Shown: positions 25,782 through 39,434, numbered from the stretch's first letter. The stretch is DNA of 64,000 bases from Antedon mediterranea (GCF_964355755.1 NC_092672.1:25674437-25738436), one strand, 5' to 3'. Program-made: numbers and translations. Notes: generated by a model not told the origin, from the sequence alone.

Positions 25782-26414
25782 TAATTAATAATATCCCTGT
25801 TCGTCTTCTTATAGTCGAATCGCACTGTCGCCATGCATAGTTACAGCCAGTGAAAATCACAGATCATACCATGATTTAATAAAAGAACTGGAAGTAGAGA
25901 ACATACTGTAGAAATGTTCATAAGTTTTCATTGAAGGTCATATCTTTCACTATAATTCACCAAATCTATGCGTGTCTGTCTGTCTGTCTTTATTCAGATA
26001 CTAGGGTTTGCACGGTCTTCAAACTTGGTGGGTGGTTGCTCAGTTTAGACACACTTTTTAAAAATGATGTTAAAACAATTTGATTAAATGTCCAAAATAC
26101 CTTTAATGAAAAGTGAAAAGCACAGAATAACGACTAGCAAATTACCTTTTGTGAATGTGGAAATATTATTCTTCCTTTTCATGTGCAGTATCAGATCGTG
26201 AGTTGGTAGCGGGAATCGTATGTAGGCCGTAAAAAACAAATGTTTGCGGAATGCAATGCTTTATAGTACATAATTCAGATACATAAAATAATTATCAGAT
26301 TTAAATTGTAAAATGTATTTTTATCTAGTCTAAAGCTATATGTACTCTACAGTATTCAACATTCATTTGAATTGTGTTAAACTCATTTGCTTACAGGAAA
26401 ACTGACCTGATGAA

Positions 26415-26934
26415 ATGACTGATCCTAATGGCAAGTTTAATGAATTAAAGTTTAATCTCAGCAAATATTATGAAGGCCAGAAACACAAATGGTTGCGGTT
26501 TATACTCTTTGATCACATACAAAGATCTATGAATAAGGATGCAAGTTCCAAAGAGTTATTCAATATACTCCATGATTATGGTTACATCACAACTGTTGAT
26601 GTCACACTTCTGCATGAGATTGCTCAACTGACACATTTGAAAATTGCTGAAGATCTTGTACTTCAGTATGTAAAAGATACAAATATTCAACATTATGGTA
26701 CAAAGTTGTCATTATATCGAAAGCATTTGTTTAACGCTTTGAGAGAAGTTGACCAATCTACATTAAACGGAGTTGTTGCTCACTATCAGGCGGCAACATA
26801 TAGGCTTGAAACTATTTGGGATGTAGTATTTTTTTTGGAGAACAACAACATCTTGGCAGATGAACCAGACAAGATAACAAAGTTTGCAAGTCTTCTCGGA
26901 AAGCGTGGACAAGCTATACTATTATCATATCTGC
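26415..26934 (+). CDS. ROCO exon encoding two death-effector-like (DED-like) helical domains
   Basis: Two ~80-aa helical units (FNELKFNLSKYY..ELFNILHDYGYI..DVTLLHEI; YRKHLFNALREVD..WDVVFFLENNNIL) with DED-like patterning. Splices in frame (C+AA) to the acceptor at 27898. Confidence 0.6.
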
Positions 26935-29900
26935 GTATGTTATTAAATTGATTGTTAATTTACTCGTAGTGGAACTGTTAAATTTGTGAATTAATATGGT
27001 ATTTTAATATGAGGAGCATATTGTTGAATGTACAGTATTTACTATTTTTAGCTAATAATTATAGCAATTTGTTTAGTAGACAAATTCCAGTACTGTCATT
27101 TCAAAAACCTTTTTCAAGATGACGTGTAATGACATACATTAATGTTGTACAGTACCTGCTATTAAAGCTTAAATAACATGGTTCTATTGAAAAAGGGAGC
27201 CATATTTTCAAAACTTTGCTTTTTCACATACAATTAGTGAATTTAGTGGAGAAATGTGTGCAACATCTAGTCCATAAAAACATTGTAAAGAAATTTTACT
27301 GATTTTTATTTGAAACCCGCTCTGGGATGGGTATACTTACTAGTTCTTACAATTTGACCCTCACTTTCTACACACTTCTAAAAAATGAAATTATTTTCTC
27401 GCAATTGTAACCTGGTATTTTTTTTCCATATTTACACATTTTTGTATTGTATTTCTTACACAAAAACCATAACATTACTGACACTACTGATTAAGGCTTT
27501 ATTCCTCAAATTCATTTTATTTATAACAGCAGAAACAAATCAGCATGGTTAACAGAAACAAAAACAGTTACAACAACTCGGAAACACTTAAACTATGACG
27601 AAACAGATGAAGACTCAAATTAAAAATGTTGATATGGGAATGGGCTTTACTACTAAACAGATATTTGCCATTGCGCCAAAGCAGCTTATTGCATGTTTTA
27701 AGATGGTCAACCTGGAAAGAAAAAGAGCTATCTAAAATAATACCAAGATCACAATGTTGATGCACTTTCTTATTAATACTTGTTCCAAAGACAAAAGGAA
27801 CATAGTCGTACAGTAAAATGATGTTTATAGAGCATTAATGTACTATTTTTCACACAAATTATTTTAAAAATTAAAAAAAAAATTGTTTTCCCCCCAGAAA
27901 ATTACCAATATGAACCAGGATATCAACAATCACTGCCACGTGGATATTCAGCAATGTCACACAATCCCCAGTTGGCATATAGTTACCAAATACCTAATTA
28001 TCAGCAATCTGGTAGCATAAATCAGCCTAAGCCTGGACTCTACACAAATCCACGATACTATTCTCACCAACAAACATATGTGCAGAATGCTTCTCAATTT
28101 TATCATTCTATGCCACATGATCCCTCAGTTAGGTATCAAGGTCTTCAGTCAGAACCAGGAATGCTTTATGAAAGACAGACACACCAACTCCAACAACCCA
28201 CAGCAATTTCCCCAAATCCAGTACAGAGACATGTTTTACATCAATTTCCTTCTACTACCCCTCACAGAACTTCACATTCACCTGTTGGAAACATACAACA
28301 AAGTGCCAAAATATCTCCACAAAAGGGTATTTCTGTTACCACAACATCAGATGAAAAATTCAAAGAAGTTAAAAGCAACTTTTTAGATGGAAGTGGAAAT
28401 CCTTCCACGAACCAACCTGTAGTTCATGAAGATGTGACTGATGATCTATCAAAAGACTCTTTAGGTAATAATAAAAATAATACTATCCAAGGTAATGCCA
28501 ACACAGCTGTACAGTTTGAATCTGCTCATCTTTCTGATAAGGAATCCATTGATCGTCTGAAATCAAATCAAAATGTGAAAACAATACCCAGTGAAACACT
28601 ACCAGTGCATCCAAGTGATGACAACACATTGTCAAGTGAAGGAACATATGGTCATGTTACAATTTCAAAAAAATCAGAAGACAAATCTGTGGATTTTTCT
28701 ATCAAAAGTAGCTCAAGTAAAGTTTTCAGCACAGGATTAGGGCATAGAGATAGCAGTGATTATTATTCTGATAACTATAGTACTTCTGCAGCTGCTTTTA
28801 CATCTATTACCTCAGAAGCTACAACATCTTTAACAGGAAAACCGGTCATTCAAGCTTCTGATAAAGAATCTTCGGTGACCGATGTCATGAATCATGAGTT
28901 CAAACCTTTAACCACTGGCGATTTTATGTTGACTCTGAAATGTCGCCAGTTCCAAGAGATTCCAGAGGAAATTTTAAAGGATCAAAGATGTAAACATACT
29001 ACAAAAGTTAACATATCCAGTAACCGCCTGAAAGAGATCCCAAGGTATCTAGATATTGAGCATTTTCCAAGTATGAAAATTCTAGATGGCTCTAAAAACA
29101 AGTTGGTAGATCTGCCCACAACTATAACCGAATTCAGAGGAATGGAAAATTTGGATATCTCACATAATCAGTTCCGCATTTTTCCAGAGGTTGTTGGCTG
29201 TTTAAAACAACTCAAAATTCTGAAAGTGAATAACAACAGTATTGAGTACATACCAAATGGATTAGGCTTTTATAAAGATTTGGAAATTCTAAGACTTGAA
29301 GGCAACAAGCTTTCAAAAATTCCAGAAGATATTAGACAGCTCGAGACTCTTCAATACTTGAACATTTCAGACAATCGGTTGGATGAATTTCCTTTAGTTA
29401 TCTGTAATTTAAAGAAATTGCAATTTTTCTACATGTCTTCAAATAAGATTAAAGAAGTTCCTTACTATTTGTATATGAATGAGTGTCTTGAAGTTGTACA
29501 AGTTGATAAAAATCCAATTGTAAAACCACCACCAGATGTTCTTGCAAGACCAATCCAAGAGATTCGCAGATACTGCAAAGAAATAGCTGCTGGAAGATTC
29601 AAAGATGACAGGATTGTTATAATAGTTCAAGGAACTTTTAATTCTGGTAAATCCAGCGTCTGCAGTGCTCTTTGTAGTGATGTAACCAAAAGAGCAGTAA
29701 AACCCACTGAAGGTGTTGAAGAGCGGACTGCTGTAATTCGAGACATAAATGTTACAATCCGTGAATTTGCAGGAGATCTGCATTATCGAGGTCTTACAGA
29801 AGTTTTCATAGTACCAAATGCTTTGTATGTAGTAACTGTTGATCTGAAGAAGTACAAGAGCAACGTAGGCAGTGTTGGTTGGTTTGGTAGTAATGTTTGG

Positions 29901-32900
29901 CAATACTTAAAGAAGATTGTTGGTAATCAGACAGTGTTTATTGTAGGAACACATGCAGATTTAATTCCATCTGACTCAGTTGAAGATCTACTTTCCAGTT
30001 TGTTGAAGAAATCAGAAGCAGCTTTGAGAAATGAGGTACAGTTGTTGTATTAGTTCAGATTTAGATGTAGGTCACAGGTACAAATCGTGTTTCTTTTTTC
30101 ACATCACTGATGCATTTGAAACATGTATTTTCTTTATCTATTTAGGACAAGCTTTTACATTTATTGACAGTATTTGTAGATGCAAAAATTGACAGTTTTG
30201 ACCAGTTGAAAGATGATGTTACTGGTTGTCTTCTCAACAGAAAACTATTCCCTGAAAGAGGCCAGTACAGACCTGTTAAGTGGAAGGATGCAGAACCAGT
30301 CCTTACAACCTATAAAAAAGTCAATCAAGCTTTAAATGCACAGCAGAAAATAGGTAAGATTTCTATGATTGATTTGTTTTTCTGAATTACAATGAGAGAG
30401 CAACAATTGTGTTTTTAACAACTTTATGAAAGTTTTATAATTAATTATGATAAGAAGAGAAAAACAATGCACTACCTATGTAGCTCGTGTTGAATGTCAT
30501 TTCGTGGACGCTCTTTGGCCTAGCCAAGCTAGTTTTGTAGGTCTAGCTGGTAAACAGCACTAAAATTGTACGCTAGGTATATGCCTAGCCTGATGTCTAG
30601 ATTTTGCATTAATTGTCTTTCTTTTTTTTGCAAAATCTGTTAATACAAATTGGGGAAGACCCAGGTACTGTATTTTCAATTAAAAGGTTATATATTTCTT
30701 CCATTTGTTTTTCCTTCATCATCGATTGAAAAAGTGCATTACACCATCGAAACGAAAATAATAATCCATGCGCAATGCATGCTGGTATTTATAGCCGGCC
30801 ACTTTCTTAAATTATTCGAATTGACTTATTTTTCACATTTTTACCATTTGAAGACGAACAAAATTATTGCATTAGGTTCATATAGTACATTATTTATTTT
30901 ATATATAAAATGCGGTTTGTGACCTTAAAATGTTTTAAGGTCATATTTTGTTTGATTTTAAACAAACATGTAATAATTAAACATAATAATACCATATTTC
31001 ACCAAAGAAAACATTGGCAAACCGGAAGGAAATATTAGCCACCATTATGATTTTGAATGATTTCCTATGTACATGGTACATTGAATGTGAAATTGTGAGA
31101 TTTCTTGTTTTTGCCCTGAAACCAGAATTTTAACTATTGTATAAATTATTGTATAAATTATAGACTGCATTAATTGTTTGGTGTGTGTGTTTTATTGTGA
31201 TTCTTTATATTGTAAATTGTGTTTTTTTTTTATTATTGTATTGCTAACCTGCCGGTTTTTAGTCATTTAGTTAAACGCCATTTTGCTTAAAAGCTTTGGT
31301 GAATTGATTGTATTTTGTTCTTTTTTCCAATACTACTTTATGAGCACGACTCAATATGAAAATAAATCGAGTCCTACACATTCCATAGATTGCTTTGAAA
31401 GTGACGAGGCTGGTTTATGCAAATATTTCACTCCAACACAACTTAATCAGCTACAGGCGCAAATTGATAACAATGGTATCTTTACAACGTTACACAATAA
31501 TGTACGTAGTCTTACAAAACACTTCGAAGAAATTAGCATTCTGTTAGATACCATAGGTCGTGCGTTTGATGTACTTGGTTTCTCGGAAACCTGGATAAAT
31601 AAGAACACGCCAATTGACTTATTAAATATCAATGGATACAATATGTACACTTGTAATAGAGAAGGTAGAGTTGGTGGTGGAGTTTGTCTATATTTAAAAG
31701 AACAAATCAACACCGTAACACGTGATGATTTTGTATTTAATGATAACTCCATTGATTCACTTTTTCTAGAAATAATAAACACAAACGGCAAAAATACTAT
31801 TGTAGGTATGTTGTATCGACCACCAAATTCAAACGTCAACTCATTTAACTCTGATCTGGAAGAAATCTTACATAAACTTAATCGCGAAAACAAAAACTGC
31901 TATATCTTAGGAGATTTTAATCAAGATTTATTAAAATATGACATTCAAAAAACAACACAGGAATTCACAAACATTATTTACTCAACATCTTTTAATCCAT
32001 TAATTAACTTACCCACCAGAATAACATCGTCTTCTGCTACAATTTTAGACAATATTATTACAAATGATGATAACATTTCGCATTGTGGAGTAATAGTCAC
32101 AGACATTACCGATCATCTACCCATTTTCATGACAACACACCTGTCATTAAATACTAACACACAAGCTCCAATTACAAAACAAAAAATAATTAATGATACA
32201 ACATTAAATAACTTGCTTATTGCTATTTCTAATGAGGATCGGGGTGAACTATATTTATGCACAGATACCAATACATCATATAACCTATTTATTTAAAAAC
32301 TATCCAATCTCATAGATAATAACATACCTACAAAAAGTAATAAGCCAAATGGTAATACAAAGAAAAAACCATGGATCACAACAGGAATTTTGATTTCAAT
32401 AAAAAAGAAAAAATAAACTTTATAAAAAATACCTTAAAAACCCAACACAATTATTAAAACAAATATATAAAAAGTACAAAAACAAATTAACTTATTTAAT
32501 TAGAATTCGGAAAAAACAATATTATTCCAAAAAACTGGATGCGGCTCGACACATTCAAAGCAAACATGGAAAGTTTTAAATGAAGTTCTAAATAGAAAAA
32601 AATCAAATGAGGTAATTAACCATAGTAATACAACTTTGGTATGTGATCCAAAAGGTATGTCTGACACTTTTAATGACTTCTTCTCCAACATTGGAAATGA
32701 ATTAGCAAACAAAATACCAAATTTAAACAATTCTGACTTTAAACAATATATGAAAGAGAGTCAATCCCAATCTATATTTTTCAATCCTACGAATGAAAAA
32801 GAGATTTAATTGAAATAGTTAGTCAAATCAAAAATTCAAATTCAGAAGGTGTTGATAACTTAAGTAATCGCATTCTAAAATATATTATTGCTGCTGTGGC

Positions 32901-35900
32901 ATCTCCTCTTGTACATATATTTAACCTGTCTCTTGAGACAAGCATCGTCCCTGATAGTATGAAAGTAGCTAGAGTAGTTCCAATTTTTAAATCTGGCAAT
33001 AAAAGTGACGTCAGTAATTATAGGCCAATCTCTATTCTGCCTACCACTTAAAAAATTCTTGAAAAAATTGTTCAAATTAGAGTAAATAATTATATCACAA
33101 AGTTTAACATCCTTAATAATGCACAATATGGTTTCAGAAAAAACAGTTCTACTTTTATGGCCGTTGTAGATCTGGTTGAACGAATAACCGATGCGCTTGA
33201 TAAGAAAACAAATACCATCGGTATATTTATTGATTTGTCAAAAGCGTTTGACACCATCAACCATGATATACTTCTAAAAAAATTCGAACACTATGGCATA
33301 AGAGGCACGGCACTTAAATGGTTTAGAAACTATATTAGTGGAAGGAAACAATTTACGTCTATTGATAACACAAGTTCGTGTTTGATGGATATCAATTGCG
33401 GTGTACCACAGGGTTCAATTCTGGGGCCTCTACTATTTATTTTGTACATTAACGATGTATTTAATTGCTCAAACTCGTTATCTCTTGTTTTATTTGCTGA
33501 AGACACAAACATATCTGCATCTTGGATACGCTCATAGATCTAGTTAATGGTGAACTAAAAAATGTTTCGGATTGGTTCATGTGCAATAAACTATCAATCA
33601 ACGTTAAAAAAACTAATTACATAATTTTCCGCAATCAGCGAAATCCAAGTAAATTAGAGAATGTAAATATTTATGTCAACAATAAAAGAATAGATAAAGT
33701 TAAATCGACTAAATTCCTTGGAGTACATATTGATGAATTTCTCACATATAAGAATCACATCAATGTTACAGCTAGGAAAATATCGCGATATGTTGGCATA
33801 CTATATAAAGTAAGACATTTTTTACCAACCTATGCTCTCTGGACAATATACAAATCACTCATTGAACCAGTATTAAATTATTGCAACATAATATGGTGTA
33901 GTACATTTCCAAGTTATCTAGATGAGTTATTTAAACTCCAGAAAAGGGCATTTCGAGCTATAACATGGTCAAAGTTTAATGATTCAATGACTGAATGTTT
34001 CTATAAATTTAAACTTCTTAAAATTGCGGATATCAATAGGTACCAAATTGGGCTCTTCATGTATAATGTTACTACTAATCAGGACGTGCGTTTTTCATCG
34101 CTCTTTATTAAAAATGGTTCTTACCATTATTATAATACAAGATCTAAAGACAAAATAAGACTTAGAAAACGTAATCGTACTTCTACCAGTTTTACTGTGT
34201 CATGTGTGGGACCTAAATTGTGGAATGACTTGAGTTACGAACTACAAAGTACCAAATCAATATATATATTTAAATCATTGTTTAAAGAACATTTATTATC
34301 ATTTTACAAATAATTTTTAAATAATACTTGTTGCAGGATTTAGCTTTTTTTATTATTTGTGTTTTAGTTTTTAGGCTAGTTAGGGACGTAAGGGGACACA
34401 ATTAATCAAGCTCTTTTGAGTTTTTATGTGTTTCCTTTTCATCTTTATTTTATGTTCTCATATATTGTTGTATATTTTCATGATTGATGATGAATAAAGA
34501 ATATTTGAATTGAATTTGAATTGAATGGTCGTTGGCTATGAAAACGTTTCGGGAACTGTGACAACGTGTACTATAAATCACCGCAGGCCTGGAATTTCCA
34601 TAACGTTTGGTTGCATACAATAATATTAATTAATTAACTACTTGCCATTCTATTCCCTGCCGTAAAATTAAAGTTACGTGGTAGGCCGAATGTAATTAAA
34701 CTAGGCGTACTATAAAGTACATTCATTTTCAAATAACCTACCAGCTTCTTGATTTTTCGCATCGATAAAATTTGATAGATTCACAAATGTTGCCACGAAA
34801 TGTTTTGATTTTCAAGTTTAAAGTTTGTTCATACTCGATTTATGATTGTTTTTATGTTTTTTTAATCCTTTAAAAAAAATTTACAATAAATATAAATCTA
34901 AGAGGAATAATTTGTATTTATAAAAGTTATGGCCAAAAATACCAATCATCCTCTCACAGAGATGGCAATAAATTTGTGAATGACGTCATATCGCAAAGGC
35001 CCACTGACCTTTGGGTGAACCCAAACATTTTGAGGGAAACCCTCCTAGCATCGCCTAAAACATGGTCATTTTTATATTAAAAAAAATTGAAAATCCATTA
35101 AAAAAAAATGTAGGGAAAGTGGCTGTAAACTTCTAATTCAATTTTTACTAATTCACTCAGGTTTGCTCTCGGTACTCATTTTCATCACTATTTTATTTAT
35201 ATTTATTATAGCTTTGTGGATTCCAATTAAAACTGTTCATGATTTGCTGAATGACTTTGAAGGTGTAGATGAAATAAAGACTTTCTTAAGATTTCTGAGG
35301 TCTGTTGGATCTATTCTTTGGCACGAACGATTGCATCTCCTCAAAAACTTTATCTGTTCAAATCCTGCTCTGTTCATAAAAGCTATCAAGATCATAATGA
35401 TGAAGGATCATAAGGAGGCTCTTATAAAGGCATATAAACCAAGATGGCGGCTAAATCCTGTTCCAGAGGATGATGTTACATATGTGATAGCAAATCAGAT
35501 GTATTCCTCTCGTGGATGTATCAATATGGAGTCCATTAGGCGGATCTTGAAGGCAGTTTTAGAGGATAAGGAGGATATTACCATGGTTATGGTAGCTCTT
35601 ACACACTTTGATGTCTGCAAAGAAGTAAATATCTGCACTCCTGACATCAAGATTCTGGAAATCCAAGAAGGATTAGAAGCTGGTGTCACTATTCAGGAGG
35701 AGAAATGGCCTCAGATAGCCACAGAAGTGCTTCAGCCAAATTCACCTTTCAATGGTAAATACCTTTGAAAATACTATTAATGAAAAAAAAAGTATACCTT
35801 GGTAGTACTAGCCCAAAAAATTAACTAATCTGTAAATATTTATATATTCTATACTGCATCTGTTGTTAAATAAATACAAATACCGTAAATACGTATTAAA

Positions 35901-37157
35901 GTTGTTGTTATTGTACAAACACTGTATACCATATATTGTTTCATCAATTTTTATTTTTACAATTTATTTACATTACAGATGATGATCTTCCACAAGATCT
36001 CTTAACGGCTGTTGCTAGAAACCTTGGTAAAGACTGGGTTGCATTGTTACTGAATTTAGGATTCACCAAGAGAGAAATCGACACTGTGTCCGCTCAATTT
36101 GCTGGGAATTCTCATGAAACTATTTTATATATCCTTGAGACTTGGAAGAAAAGAAGTATGGATCAAAATATTGATGCTAAGGCACAACTTATGGAGACTT
36201 TGAACAAGATTGGAAGATCTGATCTGATGCAAATCATCAAACAGTTTGGTAAAATTTCAGTCAAAAGAATGCATCAGTGTAAAAATTTGTTTGTATTTGA
36301 TTAATATAATATACATAAAAGAAATTGTAAATTTATTTCAGATCTTTATGACGTTCTTGCACAACAATTACACATTGTGTTACCTACTTTTAAGAAATTA
36401 AAGAGGGAGAAAATTTACTTTTTTCCTGCTTTTTTGAAAAATGGAGAAGCACAAATGTCAACCTTCTGGCAGGTGATTCAAAAGAAGTTCATGAACCATC
36501 AGAATTACTCCTTTGATCTCGGTACAGATCATGGGCAAACCTTTGATGAGATATTTGTGAAGTTCTATGTTATTCTTGTGGAGACAACACTGACTCACCA
36601 GATATGGAAGGATGGCATGCTAACTGAAGGGATTGATGATGCTAAGGATAAAGGTGTTCTTTATTATTTTCAATTCAGATGCACAGGTGACAATATCAAT
36701 CTAAATGCCAGTGCTGCTTGTAATGAAGGTAATTGTCGTTTGTTTCTCAAATTTCTATAAAATGCTGATTATTTTTAATCCACTCCTTGAATGAATTGGG
36801 AAACTGACTATACTGAAACAGATAGTCCACATTCACTGATGGATTCCATAGTATGTGATATTTTATTTCTGGGAAATGTTTAGCTTGTTCCAAATTAATA
36901 GTGTTAAACTATACAGTATGTTTAAAAGTGATCTTGAAAGTTGGATTTCATAACCATAGACCTACAATGTTAGTTGACCTACAATGTTAGTTGTGCAGGT
37001 ATTATAAAGTGGTTCGTTTTAAATTCTTAAAACTATTGCAAAGACTGCTATCTTGAAAATATTTTTCTCTTTAAATTTCTAATGTTTTTTGTTAGCCATT
37101 CCAAGTTACTGTGAAAAAAGGCTCAATCTGCTTGTTGAGAATATGACTGAGATCTGA
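26415..37157 (+). CDS. MFHAS1-like ROCO protein (~1375 aa): tandem DED-like, low-complexity linker, LRR, ROC GTPase, COR with inserted death domain; exons 26415-26934, 27898-30035, 30146-30353, 35212-35754, 35979-36248, 36342-36728, 37096-37157
   Basis: All junctions are GT-AG and phase-compatible (1,0,1,1,1,1), 4128 nt in total. In-frame TGA upstream of ATG 26415. LRRs LxxLxLxxNxL; ROC motifs GTFNSGKS, PTEGV, REFAGDLHY, PNALYVVTVDL, FIVGTHADL (close to MFHAS1 as I recall it); COR motifs FLRSVGSILW and YFFPAFL. Confidence 0.85.
27898..30035 (+). CDS. ROCO large exon: Q/P/S-rich linker, ~8 LRRs and ROC GTPase G1-G4
   Basis: Uninterrupted 2.1-kb ORF bounded by cccccag and gtacag. LRRs are followed by NPIVKPP and the P-loop GxxxxGKS. 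Confidence 0.92.
30445..30929 (+). mobile_element. Partial copy of the Kolobok-like element at 39435-40060
   Basis: Collinear similarity (AAACAATGCACTACCTA...TTTGTGACCTTAAA) to 39545-40030. Confidence 0.7.
31088..34519 (+). mobile_element. Decayed, 5'-truncated CR1/L2-group (Crack/Daphne-like) LINE in ROCO intron 3
   Basis: APE endonuclease (HNNVRSL, FSETW, GGGV, YRPPN, GDFN, LDNI, TDHLP) and RT (NYRPIS, QYGFR, DLSKAFDT, GVPQGSILGPLLF, FAEDT), with stops and frameshifts. Ends in AATAAA plus a (TTGAA)n tail. ATTGAATG direct repeat at 31080-87 and 34520-27. Confidence 0.92.
35979..36248 (+). CDS. Death-domain exon (270 nt, phase 1-1)
   Basis: LLTAVARNLGKDWVALLLNLGFTKREIDTV...ETILYILETWKK...LMETLNKIGRSDL matches the death-domain pattern. 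Bounded by ttacag and gtaaaa. Confidence 0.85.
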
Positions 37158-37209
37158 TTGTAAGTATCAGTTGCATGTAGACCTACTGTATTCCTATATC
37201 ATTACAAGA

Positions 37210-37450
37210 ATGTCATCATGGCAAATATTGTCAATATCGCCACCAATCGATTTCATTATCAATATCATCATTCAATATCATCAATTTCATCGTAAATCGA
37301 TATCATTCAGTATCATCACCAATCGATTTCATCATTCAATACCATCATCAATCAATATCATCACTGTCATCATCAATCGATATCAACATTAAATCAATCA
37401 ATATCAACATTAAATCAATCAATATTATCATCTATATCAACATCTATTGA
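37210..37450. repeat. Degenerate (ATC/ATCA)n low-complexity tract
   Basis: Dense ATC and TCAATC repeats in the putative 3' UTR intron. Confidence 0.7.
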
Positions 37451-38030
37451 TATAAAAAAATGGTTATACTGTATTTGTTGTGCCTTGACATTGAAATACC
37501 TTGGCCTAGTGCATTGAAATTAACTACAGTACCTTGTAAATAGATTTATTTAAAAAATGCATTCATATTTTTATATTTCTATTTAATGTAATTTATCTAA
37601 CTTATTTGATGCATTGTTTGTCTCGTTCACCTTTGAGCAAGATTATTCATGAAAAAGGCGCTATAGAAATGTGGTATATTAGTATTTTTATTGTACTATA
37701 TGTATCATATTTTATATTGTTAGTTGACAAAATGGTGGTCTTAGTGTAAAAAAGGTTGAATAAACGCTTTTCTCCCCTTATATTATGTTGCTGGAAGTAA
37801 AAGTATTTGTGCTTGCTGCATGTTGTCTAACATTTTCTAAATACTCCACTCTACATTCTCTGGATTAAATTTATTTTCTTCTCAAAATTATAAACTGAAA
37901 AACAAATGGTCTAAACAGATTTATTGAAAATGTATGACACTTTTGCATTGGACTGATTACTTAATTAGCAATGTCTCTTTACAAATAATCCAACACATCC
38001 ATAGTAATTGTTTTCTTTTCTTTTTTGCAG

Positions 38031-38483
38031 TACTATGTACCATTATTGCTAGAGAGTTTACAGTAGCATCAGTTACTGATGGTGTTATGGTTTGTTATCA
38101 TTTTACAATAAATTTGTAAATAGAGTGCTCAAAAATATATCTTAACTAAAAAAACTTCTCTTAACTGTTTTCATTGTTTAATATTTCTATTTGTGAAATA
38201 AGATGTGTAGTACATAGTTGATGTGACAACCATGAAATCCACACCTGGATGAAGGTGTGGTGAGGGTGGTATTTGTTATGTAATTAGCATGCATTTACCT
38301 ATTGGTTAAAACAATTGCATTCAAAAAAATATCTTTGTATTAAACTCTGTAGTAAAAATGAATGCCCATAGAACTGGTGTTCTCAACAACTATAGATTTT
38401 AAGAACCTTTTCAACATGGTACAGCATGTATTATGTACTGTTACAATATAAAATATAATGTACTCTCTGTCTGTGTGAATAAA
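38031..38483 (+). other. Probable non-coding 3' UTR exon of the ROCO gene with poly(A) signal
   Basis: Donor GTAAGT at 37160, 2 nt after the stop. Strong acceptor ttttcttttcttttttgcag ending at 38030. AATAAA at 38478-38483. Confidence 0.5.
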
Positions 38484-39434
38484 TATTCAGTTATTAAAAT
38501 GTTATTTACATTATAGTTGAGCTTGCTACTCTAACCATTTTTTTTATTATTATATAAAATAATGTAGCAATTGTAAGCTTTAACATGTTTTTTCAATATT
38601 TTACCCAAAAGCAATATATCCAACAACATTAAAGTATCAATAATCCTGGCATCGTACAGTAGATGTAACATGTATTTTGATCGTGATACTGCAGTAGCTA
38701 CTAAGTGAAGTTAAACATTACCTTTATTGTCAAAAGTCTACTGTTAGTGCGCTTAAGTCCAGATGTGTTTTTCTGTTGACTTATGTGCATGTATGCTGTA
38801 TTTGTAGATGTATTGTCAGCGTTTAATGAATACTCGACCCATACGAATTTTTGTTTATACAGTATCTATATAAGATTTTCATCCAAAAAATGCTAAGTTA
38901 AGGCTTTCTTTCCTTTCCCCTATCTTCTGTGCATGAACAGTATCTCAATTTTTGTAGATTTAGTTTTTGGTGAAGGACAACCCAATGCATTTAAGCAAAA
39001 TGCCTCTCTTTCTTTTGCTATTTTTAATTTATTACTGTTAAGTTAACCACGGTCACACCTTTGAGTTTTTCCGTATTAAAATTAAGTACATTTATTATTA
39101 TTATTTTATTATGATAATTTATTAAGATCTTCATGATGTACATTGATAATAAATATTTAGTGGTTGAAACCTTTGTATCTTTGTGTATGTTCAACGGAAT
39201 ATTTGATATTCACCTGATTGTGTTTATTTAGAGCATTTGGAATGAGCTTCAACTTGGAACAAAATTATTTTTTAAAACGAACTTCAAAATATGTTTGTTC
39301 AACAACAAACCCAAAATTGTTATTCAGTTGACAAATAATATTTTATGTTCAACGACATGTTTTGTTGTGATGAAAAATGAAGATTTATAAAATCAGATTT
39401 TGAATAGGCCATTTTGTAGTTTTAATAAAGTTAA

